From: Cyclobacteriaceae bacterium
Lineage (GTDB): Bacteria; Bacteroidota; Bacteroidia; Cytophagales; Cyclobacteriaceae
Length of the DNA: 32,000 nt
NCBI GenBank assembly: GCA_039944535.1
Contig: JBDUYP010000022.1
Location: 1 to 32,000 of the forward strand
Direction: 5' to 3'
This document shows positions 23,904 to 32,000 of this stretch, piece by piece. The notes below the pieces were generated by a model. That model saw only the letters and a list, made by a program, of their open reading frames with translations. It had not been told where the DNA came from and searched no databases. Both the position numbers and the translations under genes were made by a program. Position 1 is the first letter of the stretch. Each line of letters starts with the position of its first letter.

Positions 23904-25493
23904 TCATTCCCAAATGGATTTTAACTCCCAAACAATTCCTTCCTTCAGGGTGGTTTCTCCTTTCAGTGAATAAATTTTCAATGTTTCGTATGGAACCGTA
24001 GGAAAGGCAAGTGAAGTCATCACAAGTGAACCATCATCGACAAACAGTTCAATTGATGACCAGTCCATAAGAACATGTATTTTTAGTTTCTCTTTTGATT
24101 GATAAGGTGCGCGCTGTATGGATTCAAAATTCTTAACTAACGGTATTTCCGGTCCGCTACTTCTCAAACCTATATATCCTCCCTCCGATAAATATTCAAC
24201 ACTCAATGTGTCTCCAAGCTGATTGGACCACTCCAGGCCTAATACTTCAGGTTCTTCCTGGCCAAAATCAAAGGAGAATAGATATTCCGATTGATCTAAC
24301 CTACTTTTAATCTCGACTTCCTGATAACCAGAAAGGGACATTGGCCTGATCTCATTTCTTTGTTTTCTTAATGATTTAAGTTCAACGACCGGCCTTGAAA
24401 CGAGTTGATACTCTCCATTCGTCTCTATAAGTGTTAATTCACAAGGAATGGTCATCGCACTTCTCCACGGATGTGTTGGTACCATATTGGCATACTGCCA
24501 GTTACTCATCCAGCCAAGTAATATTTTCCTACCATCCGGTGATCCCGACCATGTGACTCCAGCATAATTATCCCTCCCATAATCCATCCACTTTGGTGTA
24601 ACCTGATCTGTGAGAAACTTGGAACCATTAAAATCTCCTATAAAATATTGAGTAGCCGATCCGCCATTCGGCCCTCCTTTCCCAACACTTACAAGCATTA
24701 CCCACTTAGAGATATCCGTGCCCTCCACTTGTAGTTCAAAAAGATCGGGACACTCCCAAACTCCACCATGAGCACCAATCTGGTCTCCAAAATCACTCTC
24801 AAATACCCATTCTTTTAGATTGATTGAGGAATATATTCTCACTCTATCTTCTGAAGAAATGACCATCAACCAACGTTTTGATCCTACATGCCAAAAGACC
24901 TTAGGATCTCTGAAACCCAGGCTTTTTTTATCCTCTAATACTGGATTGTCTTTGTATTTTATCCAGGTTCTTCCTTTATCAAGACTATATGCAATTGCTT
25001 GACTTTCAAATCCTTTTGTGCTCCTTTTTCTATGACGATAGGTAAATATTGCAACCAAGGGAGGCTCTTCCTTTGTACCAAAGCCACTCGAGTTATTCAA
25101 GTCGGCAACCGCACTTCCTGAAAATATAAACCCAATACTATCAGGATATAGTGCAATAGGCAGATGTTCCCAATGTGTCAGATCTTTACTCACCGCATGT
25201 CCCCAATGCATCGGTCCCCATACTGTACTATCGGGATTATGCTGATAGAACAAATGATACTCCCCATCAAAATAGACCATCCCATTGGGATCATTCATCC
25301 ACTTCTCCCTTGGAGTAAAATGATACTGTGGCCTAAATTGTTCATGATATAATGTGTCCTGAACCACACTTTCATTTCTCACCGATTCATGGCGAGAACA
25401 ACCATAAGTAGACAAGGTGAATAACAAGACAAATCCCAAAACCTTGTTTCGGAAAATATGACCTATATATTCAAACAAGAGATCCCTTAACAT
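23904..25493 (-). CDS. Glycoside hydrolase family 32 (beta-fructofuranosidase/levanase-type), lipoprotein
   Basis: 529 aa with WMNDPNG, FRDPKVFW and WECPDLF motifs. The lipobox is LSTYGC. Confidence 0.9.
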   Translation of the reverse strand: MLRDLLFEYIGHIFRNKVLGFVLLFTLSTYGCSRHESVRNESVVQDTLYHEQFRPQYHFTPREKWMNDPNGMVYFDGEYHLFYQHNPDSTVWGPMHWGHAVSKDLTHWEHLPIALYPDSIGFIFSGSAVADLNNSSGFGTKEEPPLVAIFTYRHRKRSTKGFESQAIAYSLDKGRTWIKYKDNPVLEDKKSLGFRDPKVFWHVGSKRWLMVISSEDRVRIYSSINLKEWVFESDFGDQIGAHGGVWECPDLFELQVEGTDISKWVMLVSVGKGGPNGGSATQYFIGDFNGSKFLTDQVTPKWMDYGRDNYAGVTWSGSPDGRKILLGWMSNWQYANMVPTHPWRSAMTIPCELTLIETNGEYQLVSRPVVELKSLRKQRNEIRPMSLSGYQEVEIKSRLDQSEYLFSFDFGQEEPEVLGLEWSNQLGDTLSVEYLSEGGYIGLRSSGPEIPLVKNFESIQRAPYQSKEKLKIHVLMDWSSIELFVDDGSLVMTSLAFPTVPYETLKIYSLKGETTLKEGIVWELKSIWE

Positions 25494-25528
25494 TTCTTCA
25501 TTGGTAAATTGTGGAGTAACTGATTAAA

Positions 25529-27094
25529 CTATACCCCTAATATTTCATCAATTTGGATGTACTGAATAAAGCCTGAACTTTCATCACCCCCACTAGAGGT
25601 AATATGAAGGCTGTTGTATTTATACCTGGGGAAGAATGATGCAGTCATCACTTTCTCTCCATTATTGATAAAAACTTCAATGGAGGTCTTGTCTACCAGA
25701 ATCTCAATAGGGAGATTTTGATCTATGACTTTATAAGGTGCCTTAATATCACGAATAAATAGCTCATTAAAATCTGTTACTCCTGATGCAGATCGTCTCA
25801 GAATAAATTGCTCAGAGGATTTATCATATTGGAGTGTGAGACGTTCACTCTCATTCCCTAATTTCAAAGACATACTTAGGATATTACCAAGATTTAATAT
25901 CGTTTTGATTCGATAGCTTCCTGTCTTAATTATCTCGCTCCCCTCTATAGAAATACTACCGGAAGTCTCCTCATATACTTCTTGTCTACCTAAATGGTCT
26001 TCCAGTTCACTCACAGGATTGAATGCCAACAAGTATCTGTCTGAAAATTTTCTTAATGAAACTTCTCTTGGAAACGTCATCGTCCCTCTCCATCCATTTT
26101 CCGGAATACTGCTGGCATAATACCAGTTTCCCATCCATCCGATATGAATTCTTCTTCCATCTTCTTCCGGGACACCAGACCAGGTGACGCCTGCATAGTT
26201 ATCAATTCCAAAATCCAGCCAAAGGATATCATTGTGCTCTGGTGTAAATGTATATCCATCAAAATCACCTATGTAGTATTGGGTAGAGCTACCTCCGTTT
26301 ATTCCTCCATCTATATTTCCACCATGACTTACAATCATCACCCATTTACCGACCCCATCTTCAGCTTGTATATAGAACAGGTCAGGACATTCCCAAACAC
26401 CATCAACAGCTTCTACATCTGGTCCGAAATCACTCTCAAACACCCAATCAATAAGATTCTCAGAAGAATATATCTTTATTCTGTCACCAGCTGCAACGCT
26501 TTGGATCCATCGTTGTCGGGGTTCATACCACATCAATTTTGGATCTCTGAATGCCCCAGTTCTCCCAAGGCTCAATACCGGATTTTGGGCATATTTAGTC
26601 CATGTATCACCACCATCATTACTGAAAGCAAGGCTTTGTTGCTGTATAGAACCAGCATTACTGGTGTACATAATCACCATTACATCCCCATCATTTTCCT
26701 CTGATTTCAACCCAGAAGTATTTTCTTTGTCTACTACAGCACTACCAGAGGATATTCTTCCTAAATCATCAGGTTCTAAAATGACCCCTTGATCTTCCCA
26801 ATACATCAAATCAGAACTGGCTTCTTTTCGCCAGTGTTGATTACCACCATGAACAGGAGCACTGGGGTTATGTATATAGCAGATATGGAACCTGCCGTTG
26901 TAATAAACCATTCCTGTGGGGTCACTTTGCCACCCATGGGGTGGAGTTAAATGATAAGTAGGTCTGTAACTATCTATCGCTTCAAGAACGATATCTTTTT
27001 GATCATCAATTGGGTCATCTCCCTTGTTACAGCTCATAAATACAAGAAGACCTAACCCAAATAACCAGAAAAAAATACGCCGCATCCTTACCAT
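25529..27094 (-). CDS. Glycoside hydrolase family 32, lipoprotein
   Basis: 521 aa. WQSDPTG (a variant nucleophile motif that retains the Asp), FRDPKLMW, WECPDLF. The lipobox is VFMSC. Confidence 0.9.
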   Translation of the reverse strand: MVRMRRIFFWLFGLGLLVFMSCNKGDDPIDDQKDIVLEAIDSYRPTYHLTPPHGWQSDPTGMVYYNGRFHICYIHNPSAPVHGGNQHWRKEASSDLMYWEDQGVILEPDDLGRISSGSAVVDKENTSGLKSEENDGDVMVIMYTSNAGSIQQQSLAFSNDGGDTWTKYAQNPVLSLGRTGAFRDPKLMWYEPRQRWIQSVAAGDRIKIYSSENLIDWVFESDFGPDVEAVDGVWECPDLFYIQAEDGVGKWVMIVSHGGNIDGGINGGSSTQYYIGDFDGYTFTPEHNDILWLDFGIDNYAGVTWSGVPEEDGRRIHIGWMGNWYYASSIPENGWRGTMTFPREVSLRKFSDRYLLAFNPVSELEDHLGRQEVYEETSGSISIEGSEIIKTGSYRIKTILNLGNILSMSLKLGNESERLTLQYDKSSEQFILRRSASGVTDFNELFIRDIKAPYKVIDQNLPIEILVDKTSIEVFINNGEKVMTASFFPRYKYNSLHITSSGGDESSGFIQYIQIDEILGV

Positions 27095-27100
27095 AACCTT

Positions 27101-28489
27101 CTAATTTTCACTTTCTATTAAAAATAAATCATACGGCGCCCATCTAAGTCTTTGATCAATGTCTTCCGTCATAAAATCATTTAATGCACTTGTTATTTCT
27201 CCTCCAGGAATTCTTGTATTGACAATAATTGAACTTCCAAGCTCATTATTTATTCTGGAGACCGATGAATTAGTGCCAGCAAAACCACCATTAAATATCC
27301 AGGTGGAATATGCTAAATATGAGTAGTCCAAACTTGATGAGGTAAGGATATCATCTACATGAGTATTCCTGTCTATGTGGATTAAAAGTTTGGTTAAGTC
27401 TTTTGTGGATGCGATCCATCCACCAGCTGCATCCATTCGTCTTACATTCATGGTGTAAGGATCAAAATTTTCCTGAGGATAATAAATGACTTCATTTGGG
27501 GCTTTTTCCTCTATGCTATTGCTGGCTATTGCCATGTCATCTATCCCAATTGGATTCAGTATTTTCTGATTAATGTATGATTCGTAATCCAATCCAGACA
27601 CTTTCTCTATCACCCTTCCCAATAGGATATATCCAAAATTTAAATAATATGAATCACCACCAGGTTCTGAATTTGGCCTGTTGTCAATGACTTCATTGAT
27701 CATTTCCGTCTGTGTAAATTCTTCGTTTCTAAAAACCGGATCATATGGCGTGTTCTTCCAGCCACTTTTGTGCTCAAGGAGGTGTAAAACAGTGATTTCT
27801 TCCATATTCTGAGGGTAAGGAGGAGTACCAAAATCATATTCCAGAATACCTTCATTCCCAAATACCTTATCACTAAAGGTTAATTGATCATTTTCAATCA
27901 ATTTAAGAACTCCTAAAACAGTCAGAACTTTGGAGATACTTGCTATCCTAAATAATGATTCATTGTTCACCGGTACATTATTCTCCACATCTGCTAAGCC
28001 ATATGATTTAGAATAGACCAGCCTTTCTTTGTAAACAATCGAAAGTTGTAATCCTGGGACATTGAAATCATCCATCAACCTCTGGATCATTCCATCTATT
28101 TCCAGATCATCTGTGACAACAATGACTGTATATTCAACAATTGTATGATCAGAAGCAATAACAGTAAACGCTGCACCGGAAGTAAAATCAACTGAGGTCT
28201 TTCCAGAAATTACTTCTTTTCCGTTTACTTCTATCCGGGTATCTTCCTTTTTTTCGAAAGTCGGAACCAGACTACTTTTATCTGTACCGGGAGGCAGAAA
28301 TACTTCAATTATATTCTGACGGATGGAGCCCCTGGAATCAACTTTAATTGCATTGTTGTCCTTATTGAATTCAAATGAGAATATCCTTTCCTCATACCCA
28401 ATATCCACCAATGAGTCGTCTTTCGAACAGCTAAAACAAATTAAAAATATTAATAGCGCAACAACATTCTTTACCTTGAACATACCCAA
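27101..28489 (-). CDS. Lipoprotein with an N-terminal Ig-like (PUL surface-protein-type) domain fused to a beta-lactamase-fold serine hydrolase
   Basis: 462 aa with lipobox CFSC. The N-terminal ~130 aa have the beta-sandwich pattern seen in PUL surface proteins (IFSFEF...IEVFLPPGTD...FTVIASDHTIVEYTVIV). These are followed by SxxK (ASISKVL) and YLN motifs. Confidence 0.75.
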   Translation of the reverse strand: MGMFKVKNVVALLIFLICFSCSKDDSLVDIGYEERIFSFEFNKDNNAIKVDSRGSIRQNIIEVFLPPGTDKSSLVPTFEKKEDTRIEVNGKEVISGKTSVDFTSGAAFTVIASDHTIVEYTVIVVTDDLEIDGMIQRLMDDFNVPGLQLSIVYKERLVYSKSYGLADVENNVPVNNESLFRIASISKVLTVLGVLKLIENDQLTFSDKVFGNEGILEYDFGTPPYPQNMEEITVLHLLEHKSGWKNTPYDPVFRNEEFTQTEMINEVIDNRPNSEPGGDSYYLNFGYILLGRVIEKVSGLDYESYINQKILNPIGIDDMAIASNSIEEKAPNEVIYYPQENFDPYTMNVRRMDAAGGWIASTKDLTKLLIHIDRNTHVDDILTSSSLDYSYLAYSTWIFNGGFAGTNSSVSRINNELGSSIIVNTRIPGGEITSALNDFMTEDIDQRLRWAPYDLFLIESEN

Positions 28490-28495
28490 TCAAAA

Positions 28496-30019
28496 TCATT
28501 TAAATCCGAAATAATCTCTGGCATTAGTATAGCAAATGTCTTCGACCATTCCTCCTAATAATTCCAGGTCATTTGGAAGCTCCCCCTTTTCTACCCCCAC
28601 ACCTAACATATTACAGAGGACTCTTCTAAAATATTCGTGTCTGGAATAAGAAAGAAAACTCCTGGAATCAGTAGTCATACCAACGAACCGGCCCAGCAAT
28701 CCCATATTACCAAGTGCCTTCAACTGCTTTTCAATCCCATCCTTTTGATCCAAAAACCACCATGCTGATCCATATTGCATTTTTCCAGGTATTGAACCAT
28801 CATTAAAATTCATTACCATACTAGCCATTAGCTCATTGTCTCGTGGATTTACATTGTATACAATAGTTTTTGTTAGCTTCTTTCTCTTTTCTAGACTGTT
28901 TAGAAATTTTGCCATTGGTTTAGCGATCTCAAAATCACCAATTGAATCGTAACCTGTATCAGAACCAATCAGCTCCAACATTCGTGTGTTATTATTCCGT
29001 ATAGGTCCAATATGAAATTGTTGAGTCCAGCCGAAATCATGGTTCATTGCTCCCAGATCCAGTAAAAGGGAAGATTTAAGTTTATTGATTTCTATGGTTT
29101 GAAGATTCCTGCCAGATCTTATCTTTCTAAATATTCTGTTGACCTCCTTCTCAGAAAACTCTTCCGCATAAAAAGTTTCCATGCCATGGTCTGACACTTT
29201 ACAACCCATGGAATTGAAATAAGCTTGCCTGGATTTTAAGGCCCTAATAAGATCCCTATACTCATCAATAGCTATCTTAGCAGCTTTAGAAAGCTTATCC
29301 AAATAGTCATTATAAGTACCTTCTGATTCAACCTTCATGGCTTTATCAGGACGCCATGCGGGCAAAACCAACAACGCATTTTGTTCCTGAAGCTTACGAT
29401 GGTACTTCAGGTCATCCACAGGATCATCAGTGGTACAAACCACCTCAACATTTTTGCTTTTTAGCAAATTTTGAACCCGATAATTTTCCGTTTGCAGCAA
29501 CCTATTGGCTTCATCGTAAATTTCTTTAGCTGTTTTGGAATTCAGCAGCTTATTGATTCCGAAGTATCTCTTCAATTCCAAATGTGTCCAATGGTAAAGG
29601 GGATTCATTAAAGTATATGGAACCGTTTGGGCCCATTTTTGAAACTTCTCAAAATCCGTGGCATCCCCTGTTATGTATTTTTCATCAATTCCATTAGCTC
29701 TCATCGCCCTCCACTTGTAATGATCTCCATCAAGCCAGATCTGAGTTATCGTATCAAACTGCCTATTTTCTGCGATATCCTGAGGAGGGAGGTGATTATG
29801 ATAATCAATGATTGGCAGCCTTTCAGCATAATTATGATATAGATTTTCTGCCATCTTGCTTTGAAGCAGAAAGTCTTCCGCGATAAACCCTTCTAAATCA
29901 CCTTGCTTATTGAACTCCGTTCTATTCCCGGCTGGAGCCATTCTGGGAATGAACGTCAGACCAGCAATACCTGCTGACATACTAAGAATAGCGTTTCTAC
30001 GTGATGATATGCTTCCCAC
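28496..30019 (-). CDS. uxaC: Glucuronate (uronate) isomerase homolog with an N-terminal Tat-like signal sequence
   Basis: 507 aa. From about residue 44 it is canonical UxaC: FIAEDFLLQSKMAENLYHNYAERLPIIDYHNHLPPQDIAENRQF...YKWRAMRANG. Residues 1-31, MGSISSRRNAILSMSAGIAGLTFIPRMAPA|G, look like a twin-arginine leader with an AxA site. The start is GTG at 30019. Confidence 0.85.
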   Translation of the reverse strand: MGSISSRRNAILSMSAGIAGLTFIPRMAPAGNRTEFNKQGDLEGFIAEDFLLQSKMAENLYHNYAERLPIIDYHNHLPPQDIAENRQFDTITQIWLDGDHYKWRAMRANGIDEKYITGDATDFEKFQKWAQTVPYTLMNPLYHWTHLELKRYFGINKLLNSKTAKEIYDEANRLLQTENYRVQNLLKSKNVEVVCTTDDPVDDLKYHRKLQEQNALLVLPAWRPDKAMKVESEGTYNDYLDKLSKAAKIAIDEYRDLIRALKSRQAYFNSMGCKVSDHGMETFYAEEFSEKEVNRIFRKIRSGRNLQTIEINKLKSSLLLDLGAMNHDFGWTQQFHIGPIRNNNTRMLELIGSDTGYDSIGDFEIAKPMAKFLNSLEKRKKLTKTIVYNVNPRDNELMASMVMNFNDGSIPGKMQYGSAWWFLDQKDGIEKQLKALGNMGLLGRFVGMTTDSRSFLSYSRHEYFRRVLCNMLGVGVEKGELPNDLELLGGMVEDICYTNARDYFGFK

Positions 30020-30058
30020 AATTATTCAAATTTTATTGCTCCTTAAAAAATTAAACCC

Positions 30059-31582
30059 TTATTCAGGTTTCATATACTTTAGTTCTTCCCTTTGGTATCC
30101 TAACTCCTGCTCCTTCTTCAACCAAATTGACCTCAACCTGTAAACTTCCATCGTTTGAATGGTAAACTTTCCTCCTGTTGAAGTAAGGCTTAAGTCCATA
30201 TTAGCAGGATCAGGATAGAAAAAACGCGTAAACGTCACGTCTCCCTGATTAGCGTAGATTTCAATCGAATTCCTATCAACAATGAGTCTTAATTTAATTA
30301 TGTTATCTATAGAGGCCACTGTAGCTTCACTATCCATCACTTTAAGTAATTGATCTTTCACATGATAGATCAATTTCTCTCCCCTAATATCAAGGACAAT
30401 TTCTTTTGATTTACCTAGATTCATTTCCGCTATTATCTCGAAAACATCTCCGTCAATATCTTCCCATAAGTTTTCACCAGGCTTTACCTCAACACTGTTC
30501 CAGGTCTTAGTATCATATCTCAACTCCTTTATTCCGTTAATCGGATTTCGACATAATTTCACCTCTCCATCAATCGTCTCTAAAGACAGTTCCACAGGAA
30601 ATGATAATTGTTGACTCCAGGTTCTATCATGAGTAGGGGCTCCCTTTATCATCATAAATCCTAGTTGATAAAATGGCCCATCACCTTCATAGGAATGCTT
30701 CCATGCTTGCGTCGCATAGATGTCTTTTGAGTAATAGTGTTTGTTTTCATCGCGACCATTGAGGTAAAACAACTCACTCAATGCACGCTTCTCAGTTTCA
30801 GGAATAAATTCAGTCCCATTAAATTCACCTATGTAATGCTCCCCATTTCCATCAAACAATACCCACTTTTTATTTTCCGGGTCACCATCAATAGGCATAC
30901 GCATGATATCGGGACATTCATAAAATCCTTCCATGGTACTCAGCAATTTCCAATCAGTCAGGTTTTCAGATTTATAAAAAGTGATTCCAGGCTCTTCATA
31001 AATTACCATCCGCCAGGAGTTATCTGGTTTATACCAAAATACAACCGGATCACGAAAACTTCTTTTGATTGGCATAAGCGGGTTCGCCTTATGACGAATC
31101 CATGTTTTCCCAGCATCAACACTATATGCCATAGAAGGCCCTCTTCCATAGTCGGTGTAGAATATCACCATGGTTTTCTCTACTCCTCTCTGTAATCCAA
31201 GAGTATTGTTCCAGTCTACAATTCCACTTCCACTTCCGGGGGCATTGTCCAAAACCGTATTGGTTACTGGGGGCAATTGCTCCCAGTGGATAGCATCGTT
31301 ACTAATGGCATGGCCCCATCCCTTATTATCACCTCTTCTTTTTGACCATTCATCAAACATATAGAATAAATGATATGTCCCTTTGTACATGACTAAACCT
31401 GTTGGATCGGCTATTTGACCAGTAATAGGAGTATAATGCACTTGAGGGCGAAGGGGTTGATTATAATGCATGTTTTCATACACCACCTTGTAATCCAATT
31501 GATATGGGTCATCCTTCTTCTGGGAAAGCCCCTCCATTTGTAACAAGATCAAAAACGTCAGGGTGACTAAAAAATATCTCAT
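30059..31582 (-). CDS. Glycoside hydrolase family 32, secreted
   Basis: 507 aa with a signal peptide. Motifs: QIADPTG (nucleophile Asp retained), FRDPVVFW, FYECPDIM. Confidence 0.85.
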   Translation of the reverse strand: MRYFLVTLTFLILLQMEGLSQKKDDPYQLDYKVVYENMHYNQPLRPQVHYTPITGQIADPTGLVMYKGTYHLFYMFDEWSKRRGDNKGWGHAISNDAIHWEQLPPVTNTVLDNAPGSGSGIVDWNNTLGLQRGVEKTMVIFYTDYGRGPSMAYSVDAGKTWIRHKANPLMPIKRSFRDPVVFWYKPDNSWRMVIYEEPGITFYKSENLTDWKLLSTMEGFYECPDIMRMPIDGDPENKKWVLFDGNGEHYIGEFNGTEFIPETEKRALSELFYLNGRDENKHYYSKDIYATQAWKHSYEGDGPFYQLGFMMIKGAPTHDRTWSQQLSFPVELSLETIDGEVKLCRNPINGIKELRYDTKTWNSVEVKPGENLWEDIDGDVFEIIAEMNLGKSKEIVLDIRGEKLIYHVKDQLLKVMDSEATVASIDNIIKLRLIVDRNSIEIYANQGDVTFTRFFYPDPANMDLSLTSTGGKFTIQTMEVYRLRSIWLKKEQELGYQREELKYMKPE

Positions 31583-31605
31583 AATTAAATTGCTTGAAAA
31601 GATTG

Positions 31606-31635
31606 CTCTAAAAACATGTTTCCATGTTTTTAGAG
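31606..31635 (-). terminator. Perfect 13-bp intergenic stem-loop between susD and the first GH32 gene (attenuator or mRNA-stability element candidate)
   Basis: ctctaaaaacatg (31606-31618) / catgtttttagag (31623-31635) with a 4-nt loop. There is no clean U-tract after it on the minus strand, so it is more likely a partial terminator or processing site than a full stop. Confidence 0.45.
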
Positions 31636-31648
31636 GAAATGATAAGGT

Positions 31649-32000
31649 TCAATAATTGGGGTTTTGAATCAATACCCCATTTGTGTAATTAATTTGGTTA
31701 TTTGAAATTGGAAGATACTCATGCTTGTTTTTGGTAAATTGCGCATTTGATAGAAACTCCCTCCGATCTCTTTCAGTATCCAGATAATCATTCAGTGTTT
31801 CAGCTGCAATCCCCCATCTCACTAAATCAAAAAACCTTGAATTTTCCATAGCAAACTCAAGCCTTCTCTCCCACTGAAGTGCTTTCCTTGCATTTTCTTT
31901 CGTCCAGTCAATATTTACACCATCTTCATAAAGGGAAATTCTATAATTAGAAGCAAAAGTACCATCTGAATAGCTCAACCTTCCGGTACTATTGGAGGCT
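31649..32000 (-). CDS. susD: SusD/RagB-family outer-membrane glycan-binding protein, C-terminal part (gene continues past the right edge)
   Basis: WERRLEFAMENSRFFDLVRWG...NKHEYLPISNNQINYTNGVLIQNPNY is a typical SusD C-terminus. The listed M at 31978 is a TTG, and the frame stays open to nt 32000. Confidence 0.85.
   Translation of the reverse strand, partial: ASNSTGRLSYSDGTFASNYRISLYEDGVNIDWTKENARKALQWERRLEFAMENSRFFDLVRWGIAAETLNDYLDTERDRREFLSNAQFTKNKHEYLPISNNQINYTNGVLIQNPNY

Overview
This looks like a Bacteroidota chromosome segment: it has a SusD-family gene, a lipoprotein-rich glycoside-hydrolase operon and an Arm-domain tyrosine integrase. It falls into three blocks. (i) nt 1-520 holds the 3' end of a frameshifted ISL3-like transposase, a bidirectional terminator and a 42-nt 3' fragment of tRNA-Thr(UGU). 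(ii) nt ~520-18065 is a ~17.5 kb integrative element. It begins with the integrase, followed by a ~12 kb minus-strand defence operon built on a Type I R-M system. In transcription order the operon reads hsdM2, GxxExxY/PD-(D/E)XK cassette, hsdM1, hsdS, ABC-type ATPase, HNH nuclease, then wHTH regulator, nucleotidyltransferase, hsdR, T5orf172/GIY-YIG protein. After the operon come a plus-strand orphan 336-aa gene and a replication/excision module (HTH_17 excisionase-like, SF3-helicase-like P-loop protein, Zn-ribbon/Toprim primase-like protein). (iii) nt ~18066-32000 is chromosomal. It holds a 5'-truncated EamA transporter gene, a Cys-rich lipoprotein, AraC plus a secreted VanX-like dipeptidase, and an ~11 kb co-directional minus-strand gene string. 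That string runs susD (partial), GH32, a glucuronate-isomerase homolog with a Tat-like leader, a beta-lactamase-fold lipoprotein, GH32, GH32, a DSD1-like PLP enzyme, a beta-lactamase-fold hydrolase and RidA. The best candidate for something new is the nested defence operon on the element, especially the ATPase+HNH pair and the wHTH+NTase pair wedged between hsdS and hsdR. All family assignments come from motifs read in the translations and from memory of those families. No database search was run. I saw no rRNA, no intact tRNA and no CRISPR array.
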